DNA of 64,000 nucleotides from Candidatus Uhrbacteria bacterium RIFOXYC2_FULL_47_19 (GTDB lineage: Bacteria > Patescibacteriota > Patescibacteriia > SG8-24). Shown here one piece after another: positions 8,062 to 18,400 of this stretch. The notes under the pieces were generated by a model. That model saw only the letters and a list, made by a program, of their open reading frames with translations. It had not been told where the DNA came from and made no database searches. Numbering within the stretch: the first letter of the stretch is position 1; every line of letters starts with the position of its first letter. A program made the translations under genes and the position numbers. The stretch covers positions 10,712-74,711 of the forward strand of contig MGFG01000020.1 of the NCBI GenBank assembly GCA_001791745.1, in the 5' to 3' direction.

Positions 8062-8748
8062 ATGTGTTTTTCTGCAACAGCCAGCTTCGCCGCTGCCGCT
8101 GGTTTGAGTGCCATGGGCGTGGTGACTCTGCGCGAGGCCAAATCGATAGACCGGATTCCGCTCGCGGCCATGCCGCTGCTTTTTGGTGTTCAGCAAGCGG
8201 TCGAAGGTGTGGTCTGGGTCTCACTCAGCGTCCCTTGGCTGCACTCGTCGGCCGCCTTCGTTTATGTGATGTTTTCGCACGTGTTATGGCCGTTCTACGT
8301 TCCATTGGCGGTTGGTGCGCTCGAACCGCCCGGACGAAGAAGGGCTGTACTCAGGATATTTCTGCTCGTCGGCATTGCACTTAGTCTATGGCTTCTGACC
8401 TATGTGCTGCGCGGACCGGTTACTGCGTTCTGTGCTACAGGTAGCATTATCTACCACATGGTCCTGCCGCCTGTACCCTACGGCCTGGCGGTTTACGTAC
8501 TCGTAACTTGCTGTTCCTGTTTGATTTCTGGTCACAAATTTATACGAGTCCTCGGTCTGGCACTCGTGGGTGCGTTGGCCATTTCGCTCTGGTCTTACTT
8601 GACGGCGTTCTATTCAGTTTGGTGTTTCTTCTCGGCTCTTTTGAGCGCTATCATCTACGTGCATTTGAAACACGGAAAAGAGTTGTCTCGGTTGGTTAAA
8701 AAGTACGAGAGTACAGCTCACAGACGTTTCCGTCATGGTGGACGGTGA
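8062..8748 (+). CDS. Hypothetical polytopic membrane protein
   Basis: Six to seven hydrophobic segments are present. I recognised no family. Confidence 0.5.
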   Translation: MCFSATASFAAAAGLSAMGVVTLREAKSIDRIPLAAMPLLFGVQQAVEGVVWVSLSVPWLHSSAAFVYVMFSHVLWPFYVPLAVGALEPPGRRRAVLRIFLLVGIALSLWLLTYVLRGPVTAFCATGSIIYHMVLPPVPYGLAVYVLVTCCSCLISGHKFIRVLGLALVGALAISLWSYLTAFYSVWCFFSALLSAIIYVHLKHGKELSRLVKKYESTAHRRFRHGGR

Positions 8749-8767
8749 CTGATCGAGAAGATCTAAT

Positions 8768-8965
8768 ATGAAAGACGGAACAAGACGAGCAGATATTTTT
8801 CCGGGACAGGCGGTGGCGATTACCTTGAAGCAGGATCAAGGTACGAATGTTCTGACGCAGGGATTTGTTCGGGATATCCTGACTAGTTCAGCAGTCCATC
8901 CGCGGGGGATTAAGGTTCGGCTAACCACTGGCGAGGTTGGGCGGGTGCAAGTGATCGTCGAATAA
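8768..8965 (+). CDS. YwbE family protein (DUF2196)
   Basis: This 65-aa protein carries ITLKQDQGTNVLTQGFVRDILTSSAVHPRGIKVRLTTGEVGRVQ. That matches the YwbE pattern VLKQDQRTG..T.G.V.DILT.S..HP.GIKVRL..G.VGRVQ. Confidence 0.7.
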   Translation: MKDGTRRADIFPGQAVAITLKQDQGTNVLTQGFVRDILTSSAVHPRGIKVRLTTGEVGRVQVIVE

Positions 8966-9399
8966 ATCTTTTTAGATCAAAGCCTTTGGTTGGACATGAC
9001 TACTTAAAAGTGAAGCGAAGTCGATTTTGATATACTTCGTTCTATGGCTTTAGCCGTGGGTATCTATCTACTCGGCAGGATCAGCGTGCCGGACAGTTTG
9101 ACTGAAAGACTCGAGAATATGGTTGCATTAGAATCCGGAGACGTACGGAGTATGACCGAACAAGCCCTGATTTTATTGGAGATGGCATCGAAAGGGCCAG
9201 AGCTGTTCCTCTTCAATGGAGGAACTTTTAATCCATACACCCTCATGAAATGAGGTCTAGCAGATTCGTCGATGAGAGCGATAAGGGCCGCTTCTTGCGC
9301 CTCTTTTTTGTATCGGAGATTTTTTGGCAAGTGTAATTGCGTCTCCTTAAGGGCCGACCCATTGCCAGAACGCCGCGGATTTGGTACCTTCTTCGCCAT

Positions 9400-10860
9400 A
9401 TGGCGAACGACAGCGTGGTCCTCCGCCTCGACGGTGTGACCTACAAGTACGGAGAGAGCAAGACGATCCTAGATGAGGTCGATTTTTCAGTGCGCAATAG
9501 CTCGAAGTTTGCGCTCATGGGACAGAACGGCGCCGGCAAAACCACGCTTTTCAGCTTGATTCTCGGCGAGCTTAAGCCCAAAGAGGGAAAGATTTTCCTG
9601 ACACCCGAGGACGCGACTGTCGGCATTGCCAAGCAGGTGATCCCCCAGGAGTGTATGGATCTGACCGTTCGTGAATGGTTCGCTGGGACGTTTGTCGAAG
9701 TGCCTTACAATTTGGACAAACAGATCGCCGACGTCTTTGAGGCAGTGAATCTCAAGACTGATCTCGATAAGAAACTGAGTGAGCATTCCGGCGGACAGCA
9801 GGCGCGTCTACTACTTTCGTACGCGCTGATTCAGAGTCCGGACATACTCCTCCTCGATGAGCCGACCAACAACCTGGATCAGGAGGGGATCGAACATCTG
9901 ACCGGCTTCCTAATGATGTACGATAAGACGGCAATCGTCATCTCCCATGACGCTGAGTTCTTGAACGCGTTCACTGACGGCGTGCTTTATCTCGACGTAT
10001 TCAATCACAAGATCGAACAGTATCGCGGTAACTATTTGAATGTAGTCGAGGAGATCGAGGGACGCATCGAACGCGAACGCATGCTTAACGCGCGTGCCGA
10101 GGCCGAAATCAAGCGCAAGATGGCGCAATCCGGTAAGTTCGCACACAAGGGCGGCAAGCTGCGGAGTGTGGCCAAGACCATGCGGGAACGCGCGGACGAG
10201 ATGCGCGAGTCTATGGTCGAGGTTCGGCGTGAGGACAAAACCATCCGCGAATTTGAAATACCATCCCAGGAGTTTGATTTCGAGTTTAATGGGAAGATCT
10301 TGGAATTGAGCAAGATTGGCGCGATCAGAGATGGTCAGTATGTAACCAAAGCAATCGACGTAGTGCTACGCCGCGGCTCGCATGTTCTTTTGGCTGGACC
10401 GAACGGCATTGGCAAGAGTACATTGCTCCGGCGGATTTTTAATCAGACCGCAGAGGGTGCGATTCTCTGCCGCGATGTTCGCATGGGTTATTACTCTCAG
10501 GATTTTTCTACACTCAACTTTGGTCGGACGGCTTACGATATATTACTCGAGGTCATGAAAGAACAGGACGAGCAGGTGTTGCGTTCAACTGCTGCTGGAT
10601 TTCTTCTTGATGGAAAAGCTTTAGCCAGTGAGGTTGGTGGACTATCTGAAGGGCAAAAAGGATTATTGTCGATTGCACGACTAGTATTGATGGAACCAGG
10701 CCTACTGATCCTCGACGAGCCGACCAATCACATTAATTTTCGTCATCTTCCAGTGCTGGCTCAAGCGTTCAATTCCTATCAAGGGGCCATGATTATGGTT
10801 AGTCATATTCCTGATTTTGTGAGTCAAATTCGTATCGACGAGATTATTGATCTGACTTAA
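9400..10860 (+). CDS. ABC-F family ATPase (two tandem ABC domains, no TM domain)
   Basis: Walker A motifs are GQNGAGKTT and GPNGIGKST. Signature motifs are LSGGQQARL and LSEGQKGLL. Walker B motifs are LLLDEPTN and LILDEPTN. The start is at MANDSVV, and the upstream part of the track ORF is a TTG/alternative-start extension. Confidence 0.85.
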   Translation: MANDSVVLRLDGVTYKYGESKTILDEVDFSVRNSSKFALMGQNGAGKTTLFSLILGELKPKEGKIFLTPEDATVGIAKQVIPQECMDLTVREWFAGTFVEVPYNLDKQIADVFEAVNLKTDLDKKLSEHSGGQQARLLLSYALIQSPDILLLDEPTNNLDQEGIEHLTGFLMMYDKTAIVISHDAEFLNAFTDGVLYLDVFNHKIEQYRGNYLNVVEEIEGRIERERMLNARAEAEIKRKMAQSGKFAHKGGKLRSVAKTMRERADEMRESMVEVRREDKTIREFEIPSQEFDFEFNGKILELSKIGAIRDGQYVTKAIDVVLRRGSHVLLAGPNGIGKSTLLRRIFNQTAEGAILCRDVRMGYYSQDFSTLNFGRTAYDILLEVMKEQDEQVLRSTAAGFLLDGKALASEVGGLSEGQKGLLSIARLVLMEPGLLILDEPTNHINFRHLPVLAQAFNSYQGAMIMVSHIPDFVSQIRIDEIIDLT

Positions 10861-11009
10861 GCGTCAGAATCAGTTCTTTAAAAAAGGCTTATTTATGAGG
10901 TAGCGCATTGGGCGTAAGGGCTATTTTTATGCCTATTGCGCTACCTCATGCAGAGGAAGCCGTTTGCCGGAGCGATTCCGGTAAATCCAAATATAGAAGG
11001 AGGATGACG

Positions 11010-11918
11010 ATGTCACAGACATTGATCACCAGCCGAGACCCGAAAGGTCTCCACGCAATCGGTCTCTTCGAGGCCGCCTACAACAAGTCCAAGCTCGACG
11101 AGGAACGCGCACAGCGGCTCAACGAGCGCGGTGGCGAACTGCAGGACGGGATCGCGAAGCTCATCGCTAAGCTGTCCCAGTCCAACCAGTACGTGAGTGA
11201 GGAAGTTCGTTCCAATTATACGTACCCGAAGGAGTACGAAGGGCCGAAGCCGATCAATGACCAGATCAAGGCGATCGCCAAGATTTTCGATCTCGACCCG
11301 AGCCACACCATCGAGTTCGCCAAGACCCTGCCGGAACTCCCGAACGGTGCCGAAGGATGGTTCGCGATTCCCTCGGTGGACGCACTGGCCAAGAAGCACT
11401 TCCCCGAAGTGACCGATCCGATCCAGAAGTACTGCCAGGCGGTCCAGATCGTTCACACCAAGATCGCCGACTCCCGGTCGTTCTACAACTACCGTGAGGG
11501 TCAGATCACGCCGGCGCAACTGCGGGTTCACGCTCGCACGGCGCACGCGCTGGATCTCATCTCCGAAACACAAGAAGCGAGCGACATCCTGATCGTCGCC
11601 GCCCAGCTAGGGCTTCGCCATCGCGGCAAGTCCAGCCGTCGGGCTCGTGAGGTCTTCGTGGAGGGCGAGTTCGGTCTCGGAAGTCTCGCAGTCGGTTCCA
11701 TCGTTCTCACTCATCCCGAACGGCTCGTCTGTTGGGAGGAACTGGACATGGATTGTTCCGGCGACGAGTTTTCTCCGGAGGCCGATGGCGACTTTTCTGA
11801 GTCTCCCGGCTTCGGCTTCATTGGCAACAAGGTCGAGTTCGGCACGCGCCTCGTTGACGGCCCGGACGTGGGCTTCGGTTCGGTGTCCGGCTTCCTCTCG
11901 CAGGAAATCGATCCTTGA
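11010..11918 (+). CDS. Hypothetical protein in a gene of elevated GC (about 60%)
   Basis: The ORF follows the RBS GAAGGAGG at 10996-11003, with the second ATG at good spacing. The product is acidic at the C-terminus and I recognised no family. Confidence 0.5.
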   Translation: MSQTLITSRDPKGLHAIGLFEAAYNKSKLDEERAQRLNERGGELQDGIAKLIAKLSQSNQYVSEEVRSNYTYPKEYEGPKPINDQIKAIAKIFDLDPSHTIEFAKTLPELPNGAEGWFAIPSVDALAKKHFPEVTDPIQKYCQAVQIVHTKIADSRSFYNYREGQITPAQLRVHARTAHALDLISETQEASDILIVAAQLGLRHRGKSSRRAREVFVEGEFGLGSLAVGSIVLTHPERLVCWEELDMDCSGDEFSPEADGDFSESPGFGFIGNKVEFGTRLVDGPDVGFGSVSGFLSQEIDP

Positions 11919-11977
11919 TGTCTTGAATTCTTGGGGCTTTTGATCCCTTGAATTCCGCCGACAGCGGCTCGAAAAAA

Positions 11978-12022
<45 letters not shown>

Positions 12023-12332
12023 ACATATGTTCAAAATTTATTTTTAGGTAATTAAGGTGTTTCGTAACCACGAGGTGTTTAAATATCATTATGGTTACAA
12101 GGCGGAAGAACATTTTTGGTTGCGCGGCCATTTTTTGAGGGGCAAAAAGTGTGTGTTTTATGGTTCAAGAAGTATAGTCAATGAAAGGACCGAAATTTTC
12201 AGAACGGCCGTGTCCTGTGCGGCCTTTTTTATTTTGACGACGTCTTTGGATTTCTCAAAACCCGTCGCATTTGCTAGCATCGTATTAGTAATGTTGGGCT
12301 AAGTATCGTTTGATCGTAACCACAGAAGGAGT

Positions 12333-13016
12333 ATGGAAGGAAATCGGTTCGGAGGAGAGGGGTCTTTTTCACTCGAAAGAAGAGAAAGTGAAGCTTCCGT
12401 TTTTCTTACACCTGAGCAGATCCAGCAATTCGAACAGCTCTCGGCCGAGGTCTACACTAAACCGCCGGAGGAATTTATCGCTGCTGAGTTTAATGAACTG
12501 AATCCGGAACAGCAGGAGGGGATTGAGGGTCTTGAAAAGGAGTATAAAAATGCGCAGTTGGTGGTGCGTGGTAGTGCAGCCAAGAGTCGGTTGCAACTTT
12601 TAGGACAGGCAATACAACGAGCGGCGAAGTTTCTCGATTTGGATACCAAAGAAAAGATTATGTCTGCGGCGCTCGAAGTTATTCCTTACGTCGGTTTGGC
12701 CTACGCTTTCTTCGGCAAGCGAGTTGTAATAGAGAAGGATCCGGAAACAGGTCAACACGGAGTGAGTTTTGAGGATCTTTCAATATTAGATCGGGTAATT
12801 TACTTAGCTGGTGAGGCGCTGGTTAGTGGACATGCGTTAAGAGGTGCGCTCAACTCTATTAAACGTGAAGGCTGGAAGAAGGTTGCGGTTCCGTTCGCTA
12901 AGAAAGTCGCGCAGGACAGCGGTCAACTATTAGTGAGGCGGGTTAAGCAAGGGGTGGAACGTGAGTTAGGGGCTCTTCCGGGCAAGGGAGAGACCATTGG
13001 ACAAGAGGAAGAATAA
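12333..13016 (+). CDS. Hypothetical protein
   Basis: A 227-aa ORF with plausible composition. No family recognised. Confidence 0.45.
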   Translation: MEGNRFGGEGSFSLERRESEASVFLTPEQIQQFEQLSAEVYTKPPEEFIAAEFNELNPEQQEGIEGLEKEYKNAQLVVRGSAAKSRLQLLGQAIQRAAKFLDLDTKEKIMSAALEVIPYVGLAYAFFGKRVVIEKDPETGQHGVSFEDLSILDRVIYLAGEALVSGHALRGALNSIKREGWKKVAVPFAKKVAQDSGQLLVRRVKQGVERELGALPGKGETIGQEEE

Positions 13017-13027
13017 TCTTTGGATCT

Positions 13028-13237
13028 ATGGTAGACATCGAAAAATTGGTAGCGCTTCTCAACAGCGCTGACTTACCGGAGGGCGAACGTGAAGCTTGGA
13101 TTGAATTAGTTCCTTTGCTTCCAGTTGACCAGATCGAGGAATTAATGGTGACACTAGAGACCGAACAGTCCCAGCTGACTGCTCTGCGGCAGGACTATCT
13201 AACCAGAGCTCAGGCTGTCATCGACGAAAGTTCCTGA
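13028..13237 (+). CDS. Hypothetical small acidic protein
   Basis: A 69-aa ORF close behind the previous gene. Confidence 0.3.
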   Translation: MVDIEKLVALLNSADLPEGEREAWIELVPLLPVDQIEELMVTLETEQSQLTALRQDYLTRAQAVIDESS

Positions 13238-13306
13238 CGTTTTGTGATAGCAGGTGTGGATGCTGGCGTTGGTGCATAGGCATCTATATTAAAGTTATTT
13301 CATTTT

Positions 13307-13762
13307 ATGACGAGCCCTGACAGGTGGATAAATTTTCAGCCAGAAGATAGCATTGGTTCGAGTGAACGAAGCAATTTAGAAGGACATAACTTGCGGGGAG
13401 ATCAGTTCGTCTCTAAGGTAGAAAAAGCTAAAAATCTTAATCCTGGTTCGGAAGATGTCGGGGATACTGAACGTGAGATGGACGGTCGGGAGGCAGATGA
13501 ACAAAAGCAGCAAGCCGAAATAGCAGTTTCCGCCATTATTGCGGATCTGGATGAAAGGGAGTTGCGTCTGCGAAGGGGAGAACTTGGGCATCTCCGGGAG
13601 GGGGAGTCGAAGTCCGGCATTTCGTTTATGGTAGAAGTCGAGTTGGACCAGGCTATAAAAAAGGCAGAGGGGGCGGGTGCTAATGTGGGAGAGCTTAGGG
13701 AGCGGCAAACAGAACTACGGAATCGTATCGCTAAATTGGACAGCGAATTTCCGAAAGAATAA
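13307..13762 (+). CDS. Hypothetical coiled-coil protein
   Basis: A 151-aa ORF with charged, heptad-like composition. Confidence 0.4.
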   Translation: MTSPDRWINFQPEDSIGSSERSNLEGHNLRGDQFVSKVEKAKNLNPGSEDVGDTEREMDGREADEQKQQAEIAVSAIIADLDERELRLRRGELGHLREGESKSGISFMVEVELDQAIKKAEGAGANVGELRERQTELRNRIAKLDSEFPKE

Positions 13763-13869
13763 GCAGAGCTTACTATGACCACCCTGTTTACTAGCCTGAC
13801 CGAGGCCGATAAGGGGGGAGCAGTTGAACGGTTGATTGCCGACAGCACTCCACGCGACGATTTTTTTTG

Positions 13870-14486
13870 ATGATTACTTTGTCTGTGATCATGGCGACCT
13901 TTGGGTTGCTGGTCGGCAGCGCTAGCATCATTATTGGTAGCATGCTCATTGCGCCGTTGTTGTCTCCTATACTTGGCTTCTCCATGGGTATTGTTATGGC
14001 TGATCGGGCACTCATTTCACGTTCCTTTTTACTGTTTTGAAGTCGATGGCGTTTGCTCTGCCATGTTCGGTTGTAGTGACCCTATTTTTCTCGCGTATCG
14101 CTGGACTGGACTCGGGTCTTAATCCAGAAATCATTTCTAGATTGAGTCCTGATGTGATTTCCGCCTTTGTTGCCTTGGTGGCTGGGTTAGCCGCTTCTTA
14201 CGCACTTATTAGACCGCAGTTGAGTGCCAGTCTGCCGGGTGTCGTTGTTTCGGTGGCGCTCATCCCGCCGCTCGCGGTCACCGGCATCGGTATCGCGCGG
14301 CTTGAGTGGGTGATCATTGCTGATTCGTTCGTATTGTTTTTATTGAACGTCGGCTTGATCGTGTTCGCTAGTTCGGTCGTCTTCTCCCTTACCCATCTTT
14401 ATACTAAACAGACAGTAGCTGAATTAGCTTTGAAGAAGGAAGATGAGCAACTTCGAAAGGAAGTTGAGCGAGCAAAGAAGAAATAA
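13870..14486 (+). pseudogene. DUF389-family membrane protein split by a frameshift near 14035-14043
   Basis: The N-terminal 57 codons (MITLSVIMATFGLLVGSASIIIGSMLIAPLLSPILGFSMGIVMADRALIS) are in frame 1 and end at the TGA at 14041. The DUF389-like remainder (ORF 14037..14486) is in frame 0. Confidence 0.5.
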
Positions 14487-14561
14487 CGCCGTATCCGCAC
14501 CTGTAGGTAGTGGTGGCGAATCGTGCTAGTTGACATCCGAAGATAAAAAAGTTAAAGTTTT

Positions 14562-15191
14562 TTGTTCTCACGACAAACTATAATAAGGAGGTCTGTCTTG
14601 AGTCAGTCCTTTATAGTTTTGGGAAATTTGATTTTGATGGCCGTTTTCGTCACTTATTTCAATCAAGTACGTCGTGGGCTATCAGTGCCCAATCCGTCAA
14701 CTTGGTTGTTATGGACAGTGGTAGGAGTGATGAACGCAGCTAGCTACTTTCTCGTGGTTCATGGAAACCTGTGGCAATCGGCCTATGTGTTGCTATCGAC
14801 TGTCGGACTGATTGTGATCTGCGTTTATGCCGTTGTCCGTGGTAAGTTTGGTCGAATCGGCTGGACTGAGATCGTTTGTCTGGCGTTAGCTGTAGTTGTA
14901 GGTGTGTTATGGAAAGCCACCAGTGATGCGGTTGTAGCCAATTTGAGCCTTCAGCTGATTTTCATAATCTCGTTCGTGCCAACAGTGAGTGGCCTACTGA
15001 AGCGTACTCTCAAAGAGAAAGCGTTGCCGTGGGCTATGGGAGTTACCTCCTATATATGTACGGTCGTCGGAATACTAACTTCGGTGTCATTTGATCTGAC
15101 TGCCTTGGCCTATCCTGTAATCAATGGGATCGTTGGTAACGGAACAGTCCTGGTCGTAATTCTCTTGACTGGAAGACGCTCGGAAGTCTAG
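14562..15191 (+). CDS. Hypothetical multi-pass membrane protein
   Basis: Five to six hydrophobic helices are present. The likely start is the TTG near 14597, after the RBS TAAGGAGG at 14584-14591. Confidence 0.55.
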   Translation: MFSRQTIIRRSVLSQSFIVLGNLILMAVFVTYFNQVRRGLSVPNPSTWLLWTVVGVMNAASYFLVVHGNLWQSAYVLLSTVGLIVICVYAVVRGKFGRIGWTEIVCLALAVVVGVLWKATSDAVVANLSLQLIFIISFVPTVSGLLKRTLKEKALPWAMGVTSYICTVVGILTSVSFDLTALAYPVINGIVGNGTVLVVILLTGRRSEV

Positions 15192-15419
15192 ACGGTCGAC
15201 AATCAGTAGTATCTAATTCGCATCTTTCATTGGTGCGATTTTTTTAAAACAAACATACAATGATTTATCCACTGTTTTTTAAATTCAAAAAAAACTTTGC
15301 AAGTCGTGCTATACTGATAGCACTTAATTTCTCCTAATTTGCATTAGCCTAAAATTTGATTGATCGCATGACTAAATCGTGCTTTCAGTTTTTCAATTTA
15401 GTTATAATTTTCATAAATT

Positions 15420-18400
15420 ATGAAACTCAGTCCATTTCTAAAAAGAGTATCTCGCCGACCGGCTGAAACTCTACTAACCTTAGTGCTTGTCATTGCGTCG
15501 AGCGGTCTAGGTTCGTTGATCGCTCCGTTGCCGGCTATGGCCGCCTCGACGATTACGGTCAGTACCAGTGGACTGATCAATGGTGGTTTTCCCGGGGCTC
15601 CGATTCCGGCCAGCTCACCGGCCAGCGCCGTACTGAAGTTGTCAGTGACGGCTTCTTCGGCCCTACAGACTCTCAATTCGGTTACAGTGAACTTTAGTGG
15701 TACTGGTTTGGTTCAGGCTGACCTGGCCGATATCGCTACTGATGATAGTTCCGGTGTTGCTTTATATGACGATGAAGGTGGTACAGCCGGAAACTTCGAT
15801 GGCACTGACTCGGTCATTACTCTGGCTGCCTCTCCGGATTGGACCGGTGAGACGACCAACATCACGCTGACACCGGCGACGCCAGTTCCATTAATCAGCG
15901 GTACACCGGTGATTTTTTATGTAGCCATTAGAACTTCAGCTTTGCTAGTCAACGATCATCGTATAGTCGCTTCCGTTCTAGCCAATGGAGTAGTAACTTC
16001 TGATGGTAGTGGTCCAGCTACTACCTTTAATGCTTTTGAATTACGGGCCGACACTGCTCCAGCACAGATTGTGTCGGTTGGTGGTTTTGTCGGTAGCGCA
16101 TCGGTTAATGTCAGATTTAATAAACCAGTACAAAGGGTTGGTGGTGGCAGTTTGATTGCAGCCAGCTTTACTTATGTAGATGGTGGTGGTGCTGCTCAGA
16201 CTATATCTTCTGTAGCTCATACCCCAGGTCAGGATTTTGCTACATTGACCATGAGTGCTGTTTTGGATGCAGGGGATATCGACGGCACTCCGGCGACTAT
16301 AGCCGCTGCTTCTAGTGCCATAGCTGACATGGGTGGCAATGTTATCGGAACCGATGCTGTGGAAATGGCCAGTGCAATCGAAATTTCTACTTCGACCATT
16401 CCGACAGCGATTATTGGAACGACCTACACCACGATTAGTCCACTGGTGGCCTTCTCGGCGATTGGTGGCACCTCTCCTTACATCTTTGAATCAGCCGGAG
16501 AGCCGGATACAGAGGTACTGACCAACGCTGGACTTTCTTTAGTTGATGATGGAGGTACTTACAAGATAACTGGTACGGTATTGAGCGTTCCGGGTAGTTA
16601 TCCTTTATACATTAGGGCTACAGATTCGGCCGGGACACCTCAGGAGGCGGTCCGGCGGTACAATCTGAACGTTGGTACGTCCGCTGGAGCAGTGCCGGGC
16701 GTTACTAGCGTTGTGCCGGGCGGTGCGCCATTAGGTGCGTCGTCTTTGGCAGTTGCAATTACGGGCTCTAATACTCATTTTTCTGGATCAAGCACGATTC
16801 AGTTTATAAGCGGAGGTTCGGCCGACGCCAACGTTACAGCTACAATTTCGTCGTCAACCACTACAACACTTAACCTTTCGGTTAGTGTAGCCGGGGGCGC
16901 CACTGTTGGGCCACACGATGTACGCGTTACGACCGGAGCCGAGATCGTCGAGATGCCGGGTGGCTTCGGTGTGTTTCCGGCCGGTGATAGTGGGTTAAAT
17001 CTCCAAAGTCCAACCGATGCCGCGACCGGCATATCGATACCTCCTACCTTCAACTTTAGCCCCAGCACTAACCCGTCAGCGGCCACTTACCGCGTTACAC
17101 TAAAGTCGACATCTAATTTTTCTGGGGCCGCTTTATGGGATTACGCCTTTCCTAAGCCGGCTGATGCAGAGAATAGCAATGGTAGCCACTGCAACTTGAC
17201 TGGCTGCAATGTGAACTATGGGGCCGGCTCATTCCGGATTATTACTCAGCCGACTCCGCTTGAGCCGAACACCACCTATTATTGGCAAGTGCGGACCTAC
17301 AGCCAGGCACCATCTGCTGTTAGTGACGCTGTGGCCCCGCTTGAAGGGACTCCAGTTAGAGGTTTCACTACGATTTCGTCGGTCATGGATATCATGCCGC
17401 CGAATATCATGCATCGGCCAGTCTTTCAGACTACGGCCAGCACAGACCTGACTTTGTTGGCTCGTGTCGATGATAACTTTGCCTCGCCAACCTCTACCCC
17501 AGCCCTGACAACTACGGTTAATTACTGTGTGGGTGTCGATTGCGATCCAGGGACCGGTACGCAGGCGAGTGGTACCTCGATCGGTAATGGATTTTTTACC
17601 TTCACTATTCCGGGTGCATCGGTTGGCATTGCCGGCACTATAGTTAGGTATTATCTTGGTGCCTCGGACGGCACTAATACGGCGATCTTTAGGGATATGG
17701 ATGAGACTCCGTTCCGGGTAACATCAATCGCCGCCGGTGTTGGTACTATTACTGGTTCAGTCGTCAATGATAGCGATGAATGTCCGGAAGGTATTCAAGG
17801 TGCCACGGTTTTCGCTGAAGGTACTGGTTTCATGACCACCACAGACGGATCGTGTGAATATACTTTGTCCGGACTTCCAACCGGTATCTATGACATCGTG
17901 GCCTTGAAGACTGGTTATGCTGACCGGATCATTAACGGCATACCAGCCGGCTCCACCAGCATAGTTTTCAGCCTGCCAATGGGTTTCGGTGGTGGTTTCG
18001 GCGGCGATGGCACCAGACCTCATGTCATGTTTACTGGTCCCGGTGAGAACTCGACTGGCATTCCAGGCGGCGATTCCTACTTCAAGGTGTTTGTGGCCTT
18101 CGATAAGCCCATGAGTCAATCTTCGATCACGGATACTGGTAATTTGACCATCAACGAGATTAATCCGGCTACAGGGGAGCTGACCAACATAACGTCAAAA
18201 GGAGACTGGGACTATTACGCCTCTTCCGCCGGTGTGGATCGTGTGCCGCCGGCTTCTAATATGGCGGTGTTTTCGTTGTCGCAGGTTGGTTGCGATGGAT
18301 CTCCTTGTACGCTAGGTGACGGCAAGACTATCGCTGTGATTGTGACCGACTCAGCTACCGACACAGCCGGCAATTCAGTCATGGGAAATCAGCCGGATGG

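Noticed and set aside
9044-9399. ORFs 9044..9253 (plus strand) and 9064..9399 (minus strand)
   Set aside because: They overlap each other in antisense in the ABC-F leader. Neither has a convincing start or RBS.
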